Source of the DNA: a virus
Taxonomy: Duplodnaviria > Caudoviricetes
DNA: 32,965 nucleotides
IMG/VR virus record: IMGVR_UViG_3300020045_007415
Coordinates: 1-32,965 of that record
Reading direction: 5' to 3' (one strand)
Every line of letters starts with the position of its first letter. The first letter of the stretch is position 1. The notes under the pieces are model-generated. The model saw only the letters and a program-made list of their open reading frames with translations, did not search any database and was not told the origin of the DNA. A program made the translations under genes and the position numbers. This document shows positions 8,915 to 17,953 of the stretch, piece after piece.

Positions 8915-9217
8915 CTAATTTTCAACATTATATCCTAATTCTTTTTGAACTTTTTTAACTTTTCGTTGGCGTTTTTCCCATTCTTTACCACGTAATTCAG
9001 GATTTTGTTCTTGTAGTTGACGTGATAATCTTGATATTGTTTGTTCACTTGGTATTCTTAAAGTTCCTCTTAAAATATAAAAGTCAATTAATGTAGTAAA
9101 ATCATTTACTTCACAATATTTTCTATAATAGTAAAATGGTAAAAGATTATCATTATCCCTTAATTCTGGTTTTTCAATAAGCAACTGCTTAACGTTTTCT
9201 TTAATTGTTGTTTTCAT
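8915..9217 (-). CDS. hypothetical protein
   Basis: 100 aa; PELRDND...SR.LQE..PELRG pattern resembling small phage proteins. Confidence 0.65.
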   Translation of the reverse strand: MKTTIKENVKQLLIEKPELRDNDNLLPFYYYRKYCEVNDFTTLIDFYILRGTLRIPSEQTISRLSRQLQEQNPELRGKEWEKRQRKVKKVQKELGYNVEN

Positions 9218-9429
9218 AATCTTTCAGTTTGTTTAATTACTTCTTGTTTTAATTCTTTAATAGCTATTTCTAAACTTGAAAATTCAAATATCCTATCTGA
9301 ACCGCTATAAGTTATAAAAGGCTTTAATACTTCTTTACCTTTAAAAAAATAAGAAGTTCCTACTATTTCAACATAGTAAACTTCAAATTTACCTTTGTTA
9401 TTTTGTTTGATTCTAAATTCTGGTTTCAT
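9214..9429 (-). CDS. hypothetical protein
   Basis: 71-aa ORF in operon with 4-nt overlap. Confidence 0.55.
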   Translation of the reverse strand: MKPEFRIKQNNKGKFEVYYVEIVGTSYFFKGKEVLKPFITYSGSDRIFEFSSLEIAIKELKQEVIKQTERL

Positions 9430-9447
9430 AATTATTCTTTTTAATTG

Positions 9448-10320
9448 TTAATTTACCCAATTTTCTCCATCGGGGTTATCTATAATTTCAGGCAACCATT
9501 CATCGTTAACTTTAATGCAAAATTCTCTAAATTTCTTTCCTCTACCACGTTGACAAGTTACTAAAGAGTGTTCCCCTTTATCTGAAATAATAACAACTGT
9601 TTCACATTTTTGTTGCAATATAGTTCCTAAATGTCCCCTTGCTTTGTCGCTGTTTGGGTTTAGGTGCAAAACTCCAGTAATGTGAGCCTTACTTATACTT
9701 GACCATTTCATTAACTTTTGAGTTAACTCGGAGCTTTCTAATTGCGAATTAAAATCGTTTATCAAATCTACATAGCCATCTATTGAAACAACTCCTAATT
9801 TATTTCTATACTCGCTTTCTAAAAATAACCACTCAACATATTGCAGTCTTTCGTTTGGCGTGAACTCTCTTAACTTAATTGGTAAATAGTTGTCAGGTTT
9901 AGCGCCTACTAATTTAGGTATTCTAATAGCATTTAACCAACTATCATAAGAATCTTGTTCCGTATCTATATCGACTATATACTTATCTTTTAAATCGTGT
10001 CCTAAAATATCAATTGAATTAGTGTATAAATTAGAACTACCCCCAAAAGAACAACCTAATATCAAAGATTTTAAAAATGATTTTCTTGCCTTTTCCTCTC
10101 CCTTAATCATCGATATATTTCCAGCAGTACCAAAGCGCAATGGGTAGTGAACTCCGTTATATGCTTTGTCATCTCTACCGATTGAAATAACTAAAGGAGG
10201 TCTTTCATAAACTAAATCTAAATCAATTAAAGCTTTTTCGTGAATCTCTTTAAAATTAATTCCGCTTTTTATTTCTTCATCATTTATATTTATTTCGTTA
10301 AATTTATCTAATATACTCAT
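9448..10320 (-). CDS. RecA-fold/AAA_25-like ATPase, probable replicative helicase or loader
   Basis: Variant Walker A GEEKARKS, IDTEQ, Walker B VSIDG, VLHLN...KARGHLG. Confidence 0.7.
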   Translation of the reverse strand: MSILDKFNEININDEEIKSGINFKEIHEKALIDLDLVYERPPLVISIGRDDKAYNGVHYPLRFGTAGNISMIKGEEKARKSFLKSLILGCSFGGSSNLYTNSIDILGHDLKDKYIVDIDTEQDSYDSWLNAIRIPKLVGAKPDNYLPIKLREFTPNERLQYVEWLFLESEYRNKLGVVSIDGYVDLINDFNSQLESSELTQKLMKWSSISKAHITGVLHLNPNSDKARGHLGTILQQKCETVVIISDKGEHSLVTCQRGRGKKFREFCIKVNDEWLPEIIDNPDGENWVN

Positions 10321-10826
10321 GGTAAATGTTTAAATTTATTAATAGCAAATACTATTTGTTCTGTCATTTTTTGTTCAAACTCAATATCGTTAAAAACACC
10401 AAAAGAATATTTTAAAAACTCATCTTCGTTTTCTTTTATTAGTTTTTTGTCAGATTCCTGCTCTTCTTTTGTTCTTATGAATTTTTTAGAAAATCCTAAA
10501 CTTTCAGCAAACAAAGTATATTCGTGATTATTAACCTTATTTCTTAATATTTCTAAACTTAAATACAAAGGTCTTTTTAAATATTCGTGTAAATTATTTT
10601 GAGTAATTTTATAATTAAACAAGTATGAATCTTTTAAATGTTGTATTTCATGAATAAAATTATAACAATACATTTTAGCAAATAAATAACCATCTCTTAT
10701 TTCTTGTTTTTTAGAATTATCAACATATTCAGCAATACATTTTAAAGCTTCTAAATCTGTTTGATTAGGTTTGTTTTGTTTACTAATTGTAAAAATCAAT
10801 CTTTCAAATGCTTTATCTGTTGTCAT
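10317..10826 (-). CDS. hypothetical protein
   Basis: 169-aa ORF in the replication operon. Confidence 0.65.
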   Translation of the reverse strand: MTTDKAFERLIFTISKQNKPNQTDLEALKCIAEYVDNSKKQEIRDGYLFAKMYCYNFIHEIQHLKDSYLFNYKITQNNLHEYLKRPLYLSLEILRNKVNNHEYTLFAESLGFSKKFIRTKEEQESDKKLIKENEDEFLKYSFGVFNDIEFEQKMTEQIVFAINKFKHLP

Positions 10827-10830
10827 AATT

Positions 10831-11517
10831 TTATTTTTTAGATGATACTTTACTTGCCCAATTCTTTAAATGCTTTAAAAAATCCTCTCGAGTGTAAACT
10901 AATTGTTGCGTATCTTCAAGATTTTTATAAAACTCATTTAACATTAAAATCCTTTTTTCTTTTGTTAGTTCTAATTTACCTACTTTGAAATTATTTAAAA
11001 ATGGTTCGTCTTTTAATAAAATGTTTTTAAGTTCTAAAATATGATATTTTTTGTATTTCAATTCATATTCAAGAGTTTCCAAATCAATATTATTATTAAT
11101 ATCATTATCATTTACATTTACATTATCATTAACAGCGATTTTTGCGATGGTATGCGATGGCACAATATCGGTATGCGATGTTTTGCGACTTTCTGCGATT
11201 TTTTCAGCTTCTTCTAAAGTTAATTTTTTATCTATTACTTGCTTGTGTAAATCTTCATTCCAACGTTTTAAATTACCTAAACGACCGCCATTAGATTTAA
11301 TTTCTTTTACTTCTTCAAATTTTTTTAAATCTCTTTTTAATTGTTGTTTTATAGGCTCAAAAGTTAGATTAATAATTAAATCTTCTGTTTGTGGATTCAT
11401 ATCATTTACATACATTAGAATATGTTTAAATAGCTCTCCAGCTTTATCGCTTGGCATTTTTTCTATTGTGTGTATTAAATCACAATATAAAATGAAACTT
11501 TTTTTATTTTCTGCCAT
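10831..11517 (-). CDS. DUF6291-domain replication initiator
   Basis: KKSFILYCD...AGELFK.I..Y N-terminus, GG..G...RW, NDNVNVNDN linker. Confidence 0.75.
   Translation of the reverse strand: MAENKKSFILYCDLIHTIEKMPSDKAGELFKHILMYVNDMNPQTEDLIINLTFEPIKQQLKRDLKKFEEVKEIKSNGGRLGNLKRWNEDLHKQVIDKKLTLEEAEKIAESRKTSHTDIVPSHTIAKIAVNDNVNVNDNDINNNIDLETLEYELKYKKYHILELKNILLKDEPFLNNFKVGKLELTKEKRILMLNEFYKNLEDTQQLVYTREDFLKHLKNWASKVSSKK
11095..11200. repeat. iteron-like GCGA(T/C) repeats plus AT-rich tract, candidate replication origin
   Basis: GCGAT/C at 11135, 11144, 11154, 11175, 11185 and 11195, next to (CATTAT/CATTTA)n. Confidence 0.55.
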
Positions 11518-11519
11518 AA

Positions 11520-11732
11520 CTATAAAACATTTTCTAAATTACCAATTTGCTTTTTTAATTCTCTAACAAGTCTAACAGCTGTTGACTTATCTAAACAAAT
11601 AAAACTTGGATAATTGTTTGGAATTTCTATACTTAAATAAATTTCATTATTAGTGTTTGAAAACGCCACTAAAGAGTGTTCATCAGTTTTGCTTTTTTCT
11701 GTTCCGTAGAACTTTAATAATATGTTTGCCAT
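11520..11732 (-). CDS. hypothetical protein
   Basis: 70 aa; ICLDKSTAVRLVRELKKQI; first gene of the replication operon. Confidence 0.65.
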   Translation of the reverse strand: MANILLKFYGTEKSKTDEHSLVAFSNTNNEIYLSIEIPNNYPSFICLDKSTAVRLVRELKKQIGNLENVL

Positions 11733-11775
11733 AATTAATAAAGGTTTAAAGATTACCTATAACTATTTAGTTAAA

Positions 11776-11884
11776 ATAAAAAAGCACGCATAATCAAAAA
11801 GCCTCTTACCTCTTTTATCCTATACGTGCCGTATAATTTCTTTAAGTTGATATAATGTAAGAGGTCAACTATGAAGCAAATATA
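11776..11884 (-). promoter_or_regulatory. TATATTTG promoter (11877-11884) followed by a structured 5' leader with two loop-complementary hairpins
   Basis: Hairpin AGTTGA/TCAACT with loop CCTCTTAC; second hairpin GCACGTATA/TATGCGTGC with loop GTAAGAGG, then a T-run. Confidence 0.55.
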
Positions 11885-11915
11885 CAAAAACTTTTTAATA
11901 TACAAACTATTTTAT

Positions 11916-11946
11916 AAAAAAAACCGATAAAATTAATTATCGGTTT
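11916..11946 (-). terminator. intrinsic terminator after ssb
   Basis: AAACCGATAA-AATTAA-TTATCGGTTT perfect stem followed by a T-run on the - strand. Confidence 0.7.
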
Positions 11947-11984
11947 CAATGTATAAATCAAATGTTTTCATTAATAGTTTAATA

Positions 11985-12368
11985 TTAGAAGGGCAAATCG
12001 TCGTGTTCTTCTTCGTTAAATTCAACATTAACAGGTTCTGAAACATCAGTTGTTTTTTTAGTAAAAACTTTTAAATTACCCAAATAAGGCATAAAAATTT
12101 CTTTTGCTTTTTCTGCTCCAAGTTCTTTATATTTTTCACTTGGTAATTTCTGAACTTGAAAACCCCAATTTCCGTTAGTGTCTTCGCTATCCATTGTTAC
12201 AACGTCTGTTTGCATATAAACAGCAGTTTGTCCGTCTTTTTCAATTGCTGTTAAATAATTATCATTAATTGGTAATACTAAGCATTTTTGACCGCTTTTA
12301 GCAGTAATTATTGAATGCTTCATTTTTGTTAGTGCTACGCTTAAAGCGTAAGATTGCAATTTTGCCAT
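11985..12368 (-). CDS. single-stranded DNA-binding protein-like
   Basis: Acidic C-terminus EEEHDDLPF; PYLGN motif; follows the recombinase. Confidence 0.65.
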   Translation of the reverse strand: MAKLQSYALSVALTKMKHSIITAKSGQKCLVLPINDNYLTAIEKDGQTAVYMQTDVVTMDSEDTNGNWGFQVQKLPSEKYKELGAEKAKEIFMPYLGNLKVFTKKTTDVSEPVNVEFNEEEHDDLPF

Positions 12369-12395
12369 AATATAATATATAAAATTTAGCTTACT

Positions 12396-12992
12396 CTATT
12401 CGGTTTTCAGCTCCCCCGTTAATTTTTCTATTTGTTCAGTTGATAAAGATACTTTTTTATCTTCATGTAATTTTAAATATTTTTTAATTTCTGTAATTCC
12501 CTTACCTATTAAATCATCAATTGCTTTATCACTTAATTTAATTGGAGCTGGAGCTTCTGCAAATTCTTTTGTAACTTCTGCTAAATATCTTGTATCATCA
12601 AATTTACCCATAAAAATATCAGCATTAAAACCAAGTTTAGAAATAGCTTTTGTTAAAGCATCTGTTTCTAATTTCTTTGCAAAGTTATCATCTATTTTTG
12701 TTTTAGCGTTATCCATAAACATTTTAATAGAGTTTATAATTGGAAATTCGCCTTCTGGATAAAAGAAAGTTCCTTTAAAAACTATTAAATTAAATTCTGA
12801 AGCTAAAGTATAATCTAATTCTATATTTTTAAAACCCCAATTTTTACCATAGCTACCAAATTGTTCAGTAACATTCATTATTTGATATTGTGGAGCAATA
12901 GAGGTTATTTTATTTCCACCAACATTAGCTTGCTTTGTATATTTTGGATTTGTCTTTTCAACTTTATGCCAAAGTTCTAAATTATTGTTCAT
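12396..12992 (-). CDS. ssDNA-annealing recombinase (Rad52/Sak-like)
   Basis: TSIAPQYQI...TEQFG..G.NWG and AKK.ETDAL.KA.S.LGF.ADIF.G motifs. Confidence 0.6.
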   Translation of the reverse strand: MNNNLELWHKVEKTNPKYTKQANVGGNKITSIAPQYQIMNVTEQFGSYGKNWGFKNIELDYTLASEFNLIVFKGTFFYPEGEFPIINSIKMFMDNAKTKIDDNFAKKLETDALTKAISKLGFNADIFMGKFDDTRYLAEVTKEFAEAPAPIKLSDKAIDDLIGKGITEIKKYLKLHEDKKVSLSTEQIEKLTGELKTE

Positions 12993-12994
12993 AA

Positions 12995-13438
12995 TTAATA
13001 TTTAATAGTTAGTGAATCAGCTGAATATTTTACAGAAACTTTTGGAACTTCACAACCTTCTGAATCGTAAAAAGGTTCATTATTTTTTAAAGCTACTTTT
13101 AAAAGTTCCTCACGTTGTGAAAGTTTTTCTTTTAATTCTGACCAAACTAAATCCTCATTGTATTGTATCATTTGGCGACCATTAACTGGATTTATCTCAA
13201 TACCAAAAAACGTTTGCTTTTCACGTGGCAAAGATGCTTTTATTTCATCTCTAATATTAGTAATTGCAGTTGTAAGTCTTTCTGCTTGTGCAAATGCTTC
13301 TAATTTGTTTACTTCGCCTGAATCAATTAAGTTTTTAACGAATTGTTTTGAAGAAATTTCAATTTCTTTTTTGTTTGGTAAAAAGTTTGATGTAGCAATT
13401 TCTTGTTGTTGCATCAACTCAAATAAATGTTTACTCAT
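12995..13438 (-). CDS. hypothetical recombination-module protein
   Basis: 147 aa; TATATTTG motif upstream at 13459-13466. Confidence 0.65.
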   Translation of the reverse strand: MSKHLFELMQQQEIATSNFLPNKKEIEISSKQFVKNLIDSGEVNKLEAFAQAERLTTAITNIRDEIKASLPREKQTFFGIEINPVNGRQMIQYNEDLVWSELKEKLSQREELLKVALKNNEPFYDSEGCEVPKVSVKYSADSLTIKY

Positions 13439-13679
13439 AATTTTAATTTTAAGTTATTCAAATATAGTCAATTAAATTTAGAATTGCAAGTAATAACATA
13501 CTAAATACTATGCCAATTGCCATTCCTAAAAGTGTGTAATCTCGTTTAAGTTTTTTCATTTAATAATTGTTTATAAGTGGAATTAATTTTCTCCGAGTTT
13601 TGTCCTCTTTTTTCAAGTTTCTTCATTATGCGAATTACTTGCTCTAACTTTTGTTGGTGGGTTTTCATAATAATAGTTT

Positions 13680-14390
13680 TTATTGTTTATAATGTTTAGG
13701 ATATGGTTCTTCTTTTAACAGGCATTTTTTCTTCAATTTTTGATTAATGAATTTAATGTAACGAAATTGTCTTAATGTGTGGCTTGTGCATCTTTCTTTA
13801 TTCGCTTGTAATAAATCATATTTTTTACCGCCAGCTTTTTTGCTTGTCATCATGCTATTATGATAAACAACCCCATCAAGTTCCCAAAATGTAGAAGTAT
13901 GTTCACCATAAAAATCAAAACTACAAGCTTGATAAACTATACCAAAACCTCCACATCTTTCATCTGCAAATGATTGTATCCATTTAATTTTAGGTAACTT
14001 TCTTTTAATATATTTAATTGAAAAAGATATTGCACGACTTTCGGGATATTTAGTTTCTATTTCATCACTTAACCACATTCTATTAAGTTCTAAGTATTCA
14101 TCCATTGCGGTATCTTTTACAACACTTCCACAACTTGCTGGATTCATAGCGTAGCCATATTGTAATACGCCTACAATTTTGTCATTTTCAAATACGCCTA
14201 AATTTATGTAAGTTCCGTTATAAACTTTTTTAGAATAATGATTTTCTATTATTGTTTTAATAGCCACATCTCTATTAATTTCCTTTACATAAAATTCATT
14301 GTTTCCAAATCCTATGCAATCACGTTCACCATATAAACTTATTTGGTCGGATAGTATATATTTATTTATTATTTTATCTGTTACGTTCAT
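13680..14390 (-). CDS. Mom-like adenine-modifying GNAT-fold enzyme
   Basis: NHYS.K...LGVF...GVLQYG...ELNRMWL...ESRAI...IQSFADERCG..GIVYQA..F motif series. Confidence 0.8.
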   Translation of the reverse strand: MNVTDKIINKYILSDQISLYGERDCIGFGNNEFYVKEINRDVAIKTIIENHYSKKVYNGTYINLGVFENDKIVGVLQYGYAMNPASCGSVVKDTAMDEYLELNRMWLSDEIETKYPESRAISFSIKYIKRKLPKIKWIQSFADERCGGFGIVYQACSFDFYGEHTSTFWELDGVVYHNSMMTSKKAGGKKYDLLQANKERCTSHTLRQFRYIKFINQKLKKKCLLKEEPYPKHYKQ

Positions 14391-14545
14391 CGTTTCAAAT
14401 CAAATTTAGTTGGTTGTTTCAATTTCGGGTCGCAGTTGTTAGCTACCATTAAAGCCTGCTCTCTATTGTTTTTTGTTAACTCATAGGTAGTATCAATTCT
14501 ATTGCCTACTAATACTATTGTTTTGCGTTTTGTTAATTTGTTCAT
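14387..14545 (-). CDS. small hypothetical protein (52 aa)
   Basis: Manually translated; overlaps both neighbours by 4 nt. Confidence 0.45.
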   Translation of the reverse strand: MNKLTKRKTIVLVGNRIDTTYELTKNNREQALMVANNCDPKLKQPTKFDLKR

Positions 14546-14889
14546 ATTTTTGATGCTACTATTATTGTGTTATCTTCAAACCATTCATTAACAGTTGTGC
14601 TTACAAAATATACTGGAACTCCCATTTTTTTTGCTATTTCTACACAACTATTATTTTTGTGTGTTAAATAAAAATCAATTACGTTTATTTTTTTTGGACT
14701 ATATTTTTGAACTAAACGTAAATCATCTCTATTTTTAAATTTTCTTATTTCTTCAATTTCAGTATCATTTAAAATTCTTTTTTGTCCTTGAAATCGATTA
14801 AATCCTAAAACTAAAGCTCTATAATTTACAACTGTTTTTGAAAGATTTAATTTTCTTGAAGCGTCTAATACTGTGTTATAATTTGGCAT
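14542..14889 (-). CDS. HTH DNA-binding protein
   Basis: SCVEIAKKMGVPVYFVSTTV HTH-like segment. Confidence 0.55.
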   Translation of the reverse strand: MPNYNTVLDASRKLNLSKTVVNYRALVLGFNRFQGQKRILNDTEIEEIRKFKNRDDLRLVQKYSPKKINVIDFYLTHKNNSCVEIAKKMGVPVYFVSTTVNEWFEDNTIIVASKI

Positions 14890-15014
14890 AATTTCATTTT
14901 TTAAATTAACACCTACTTACTATGCTTCGGTAGGTGGATTGCAATGTAATACAAAATCTAACTAACAAATTAATATTAAACATTGCGGTTGGTTAACTTT
15001 TATTTTACTTCATA

Positions 15015-15257
15015 TTAAATATTTTTTAAAAATAACATTGAGATTATAAGACCAAATAAAGAACCGAATCCAGCGCCAATAGAATAAATAATTCTATCTT
15101 TAAAAGTTCCAAATGCTATTTTTTTAACATTCCAGCTCCAAATTAAAGAAATTATAGTTCCACAAAAAAACACTCCTAAATAAAATCCTTTACTAATAAA
15201 ATAAGTATTAATTGCTACAAAAAATACTTGTACAAAACCCGTTATAAATAATTTCAT
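15015..15257 (-). CDS. small membrane protein
   Basis: Three hydrophobic segments in 80 aa. Confidence 0.65.
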   Translation of the reverse strand: MKLFITGFVQVFFVAINTYFISKGFYLGVFFCGTIISLIWSWNVKKIAFGTFKDRIIYSIGAGFGSLFGLIISMLFLKNI

Positions 15258-15637
15258 AATTCACATTTACAATTTCCTAATTCATCCCAATTACCACAAC
15301 AAGGTTTTTTATATCTTGTATCAAATTCTTTTTTAAATTCGTGCATATAACTTAAAAACATTGCATTACATAAAATATGCCCAGTATGTGGTAAGCCTGT
15401 TTCTTTGTCATTATCCTCTCCGTTTAGATATGCCGTTAAATGTCTAATAAGGCTTTCAGCTACTTCAGTAGTTTTTAGTCCTTTTTTCCAATTGTGGTCA
15501 TCATATTTTTGTGCTCCAAATTCCAAAACTTTAACCATTGGTTTAAGGCTTTCAAAATCAACTAAAGACCAACGCTCTTTTCCTTCGTTAAATCTCATTC
15601 CTTTTTCTTCTAATGTTGGTTTATTTTTCATAATCAT
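15254..15637 (-). CDS. dATP/dGTP diphosphohydrolase domain protein (DUF5664-like)
   Basis: GK.RWSL...VLEFGA.KY..HNWKKG...SL.RHL..Y..GED.D.ETGLPH..H..CNAMFL. Confidence 0.8.
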   Translation of the reverse strand: MIMKNKPTLEEKGMRFNEGKERWSLVDFESLKPMVKVLEFGAQKYDDHNWKKGLKTTEVAESLIRHLTAYLNGEDNDKETGLPHTGHILCNAMFLSYMHEFKKEFDTRYKKPCCGNWDELGNCKCEL

Positions 15638-15742
15638 AGCTTTTAATAAATTGACACAATGCGTTTTTTTCGTTTGGATTTAACTCGTTTAATTGTTTTC
15701 CGTTAACAGTCCATTTCCCGTCTATAACTTCTATTGTTAGTT

Positions 15743-15967
15743 TCATAAGTTTTTAATGATTTCGTTAATTCTTTTTTGATACTCTTTTTTTAGTCTTTTA
15801 CTTCTTGCAATTTCTTTATATTGCTTTTCTGTAAATTTAAAACCTTGCTCAAAATATAAGCTGTTGATATGCTTAATGTTTAGTTTGAGATTTTCAACTC
15901 TACTAACTAAATCTTTTAAGTTAGTTAGTTTTTCCTGCGGTATTAGTGTGTCGTTCATAGTTTTCAA
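15743..15967 (-). CDS. hypothetical protein
   Basis: 74-aa ORF in operon. Confidence 0.55.
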   Translation of the reverse strand: MKTMNDTLIPQEKLTNLKDLVSRVENLKLNIKHINSLYFEQGFKFTEKQYKEIARSKRLKKEYQKRINEIIKNL

Positions 15968-16182
15968 TATTTTTCAATTTCTTGTTTAACTTCTTGCCAA
16001 TACTTATAATCTGTCGTTAAGTGATAATAAAGCTTTGATATTTCATCAACTGCTATTAAAGCGCATTTTTTAGCATTTCTAAAAGCCCATTTTCTATTTG
16101 TGCAATCTTCTTGTAAGTCATTCCAATCTACGAACGGTAAAAATTGTTTTATTAAATTTTCTGCTTTTTCTTTTGGTGTCAT
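15964..16182 (-). CDS. hypothetical protein
   Basis: MTPKEKA..L...AKKCALIAVDEI...YWQEVKQEIEK, a recurrent small phage-protein pattern. Confidence 0.7.
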   Translation of the reverse strand: MTPKEKAENLIKQFLPFVDWNDLQEDCTNRKWAFRNAKKCALIAVDEISKLYYHLTTDYKYWQEVKQEIEKY

Positions 16183-16201
16183 AATTATATTGTTTTATTT
16201 G

Positions 16202-16435
16202 TTATTCTTCGATAAAAATTTGAGGTTCTGATAATAATTGTTTTATTTTGTAGTCTTTTATTAATAAAATTGCTTTTATTCTATTCTCTTTAAACTTTTT
16301 CAACTCGCATCGAACTTCGTAAGGTATTTCTAAATTTTCTAAATATTCAAATAAACCTATTGTTTCGCCTTGTAATTCTTCTTTATTAAAAGGTGCGTGT
16401 GGGTTGTTTTCGGCTCCTACTGGGTAATTACTCAT
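16202..16435 (-). CDS. hypothetical protein
   Basis: MSNYPVGAE..P.APFN start. Confidence 0.6.
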   Translation of the reverse strand: MSNYPVGAENNPHAPFNKEELQGETIGLFEYLENLEIPYEVRCELKKFKENRIKAILLIKDYKIKQLLSEPQIFIEE

Positions 16436-16573
16436 AACTATTTATTTTTAAATATTAATACTAAACCTAAACATACACACGCTAACATTAATAAGTAGCT
16501 TTCTGTATGTGTTCCTATTGTGCAAATCAATAAACCTGTAATTGTTTTCATAATTTATGTGTTTTAATTTTGA

Positions 16574-16687
16574 CAAATGTACGACTTATTTTCATATATA
16601 CAAATTTATAAGTATGTAAATTAGTAATTTATAATGAATATAAATAACAATACAAATTTGTTAGTTTGTAAAATAGTTGTATATTTG
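16574..16687. promoter_or_regulatory. divergent promoter pair (TACATTTG on - at 16574-16581; TATATTTG on + at 16680-16687)
   Basis: Both match TAnnTTTG at the point where gene orientation switches. Confidence 0.65.
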
Positions 16688-16707
16688 CCTTATAAAATTT
16701 TAATATT

Positions 16708-17205
16708 ATGAAAATCACAAAGAAACAAATCGTCGCATTAGACAAAAACGAAACAACAGTTAGAGAGTTATTCCCTGAAGTGTTTGAAACTAAATTAGAA
16801 GACAATACTTATTACATTTTTGAATCTGGAGAAATTCAATTTAATGTAAAAGATGGAGGAGGTTATGGATTTAATAAATTTGGATTTCACGAAGAAGTAA
16901 AATGGGTAAAATATCCACACAACGGAGTTTACAGAAAAGCCACCAAAGAAGAAGTAGAAACCGCTTTGATTAATGAAGCTAAAAGAAGAGGGTTTAAAAA
17001 AGGAGTAAAAATAAAAGATGTTACTTTTTTGGATATCGATTATGTTAGAGATAATTCTTTTGTATATTATCCACTTATAAATAGGTTGCAAAGTAAAGCA
17101 GTAATTTTTGATAATGGCACTTGGGCAGAAATTATCAAACCTAAACAAATGACAAAAGAAGAAATTGAAAAAGAACTTGGTTACGAAATTGAAATTAAAT
17201 TATAA
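16708..17205 (+). CDS. hypothetical protein
   Basis: 165 aa; AT.EEV..ALI.EAK.RG and C-terminal MTKEEIEKELGY motifs. Confidence 0.7.
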   Translation: MKITKKQIVALDKNETTVRELFPEVFETKLEDNTYYIFESGEIQFNVKDGGGYGFNKFGFHEEVKWVKYPHNGVYRKATKEEVETALINEAKRRGFKKGVKIKDVTFLDIDYVRDNSFVYYPLINRLQSKAVIFDNGTWAEIIKPKQMTKEEIEKELGYEIEIKL

Positions 17206-17353
17206 ATATTATGAAAAAAACAATTAAAAAAAGAAGACAATTTAAAAATCAATTAATGAAGTCTAAATTTATGAAAACATGCCCAGTTGGTGGAGGAATT
17301 TGTTTAAACCCTATTTGTGCATTTGGTTGCATTGAACGATAATACTATAAATA

Positions 17354-17572
17354 ATGAAAGAAAAGTATAAAAAATTAGACAAGAAAACAGCTTTTTTAAA
17401 ATCTGTAGCAATTAGATTAGGCGTTGAATTAGCAACTTTAAAAGGTTATTTTACTGAAAATGGAACTATCCCTGCTAAACACAAAGAAAGAATAGAAAAA
17501 GCTATTGAATTGCAACTGTTGGCAGATGAGAAAATAAGACAAATTGAAGTAGATGTTTTTGAGAAAATATAA
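17354..17572 (+). CDS. putative HTH (Cro-like) DNA-binding protein
   Basis: VAIRLGVELATLKGYF; its stop TAA is the TAA of the first TAAC of the array. Confidence 0.5.
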   Translation: MKEKYKKLDKKTAFLKSVAIRLGVELATLKGYFTENGTIPAKHKERIEKAIELQLLADEKIRQIEVDVFEKI

Positions 17573-17698
17573 CGTTATCAGGCTTTGTGTCTGTTGCGTG
17601 CAAACAAACCAAAACATTAATTTAAACACTAAAAAATACAGATTATGACTAAACAAAATTTAAACACCGAGCCAAGCAATAGCACAAAACCTGTGTTA
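17570..17698 (-). repeat. attC-like site (129 bp)
   Basis: + strand TAAC (17570), arms CAGGCTTTGTGTCTGTTGC (17579-17597) and GCAATAGCACAAAACCTG (17676-17693, one-base bulge), GTTA (17695). Confidence 0.75.
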
Positions 17699-17953
17699 TG
17701 TGATGCTTTTATTGATGCTTTACCTAATACAAATGAAAAAATAATTGATAAATACATTAAACAAATATCAACTGAATTATATCATTTGTCTAAAGAATTT
17801 GAAGCTAATGGAGATACAAATGCTCATGTAAATGCAAGATGTGAAATAAATAAAAAATATGGTAAGTTTTGGCGTGAAAGATTGAATATGAAAAAGATTT
17901 ACAATTCCCCTAATCCCTTCGGAAAGATGTCGTACTACTAAAGTATCACATAA
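17573..17953. mobile_element. integron-like cassette B4
   Basis: GTTATGTGATGCTTT (17695-17709) pairs with AAAGTATCACATAAC (17940-17954). Confidence 0.7.
17645..17941 (+). CDS. hypothetical protein (cassette cargo, starts inside the attC loop)
   Basis: 98 aa; residues SNSTKPVLCDAF are encoded by the hairpin arm and core. Confidence 0.6.
   Translation: MTKQNLNTEPSNSTKPVLCDAFIDALPNTNEKIIDKYIKQISTELYHLSKEFEANGDTNAHVNARCEINKKYGKFWRERLNMKKIYNSPNPFGKMSYY

Noticed and set aside
9448-10320. Non-canonical Walker A (GEEKARKS) as a sign of inactivation
   Set aside because: The catalytic K-S and downstream motifs are intact, and GxxKxxK[ST] variants occur in this ATPase group
14425-14450. GTTAGCTACC as an additional cassette core near the mom-like gene
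   Set aside because: No partner inverted repeat or hairpin arms found; it lies within a small ORF
15254-15637. Z-genome (2-aminoadenine) pathway
   Set aside because: No PurZ, DatZ or dedicated polymerase is recognisable in the window
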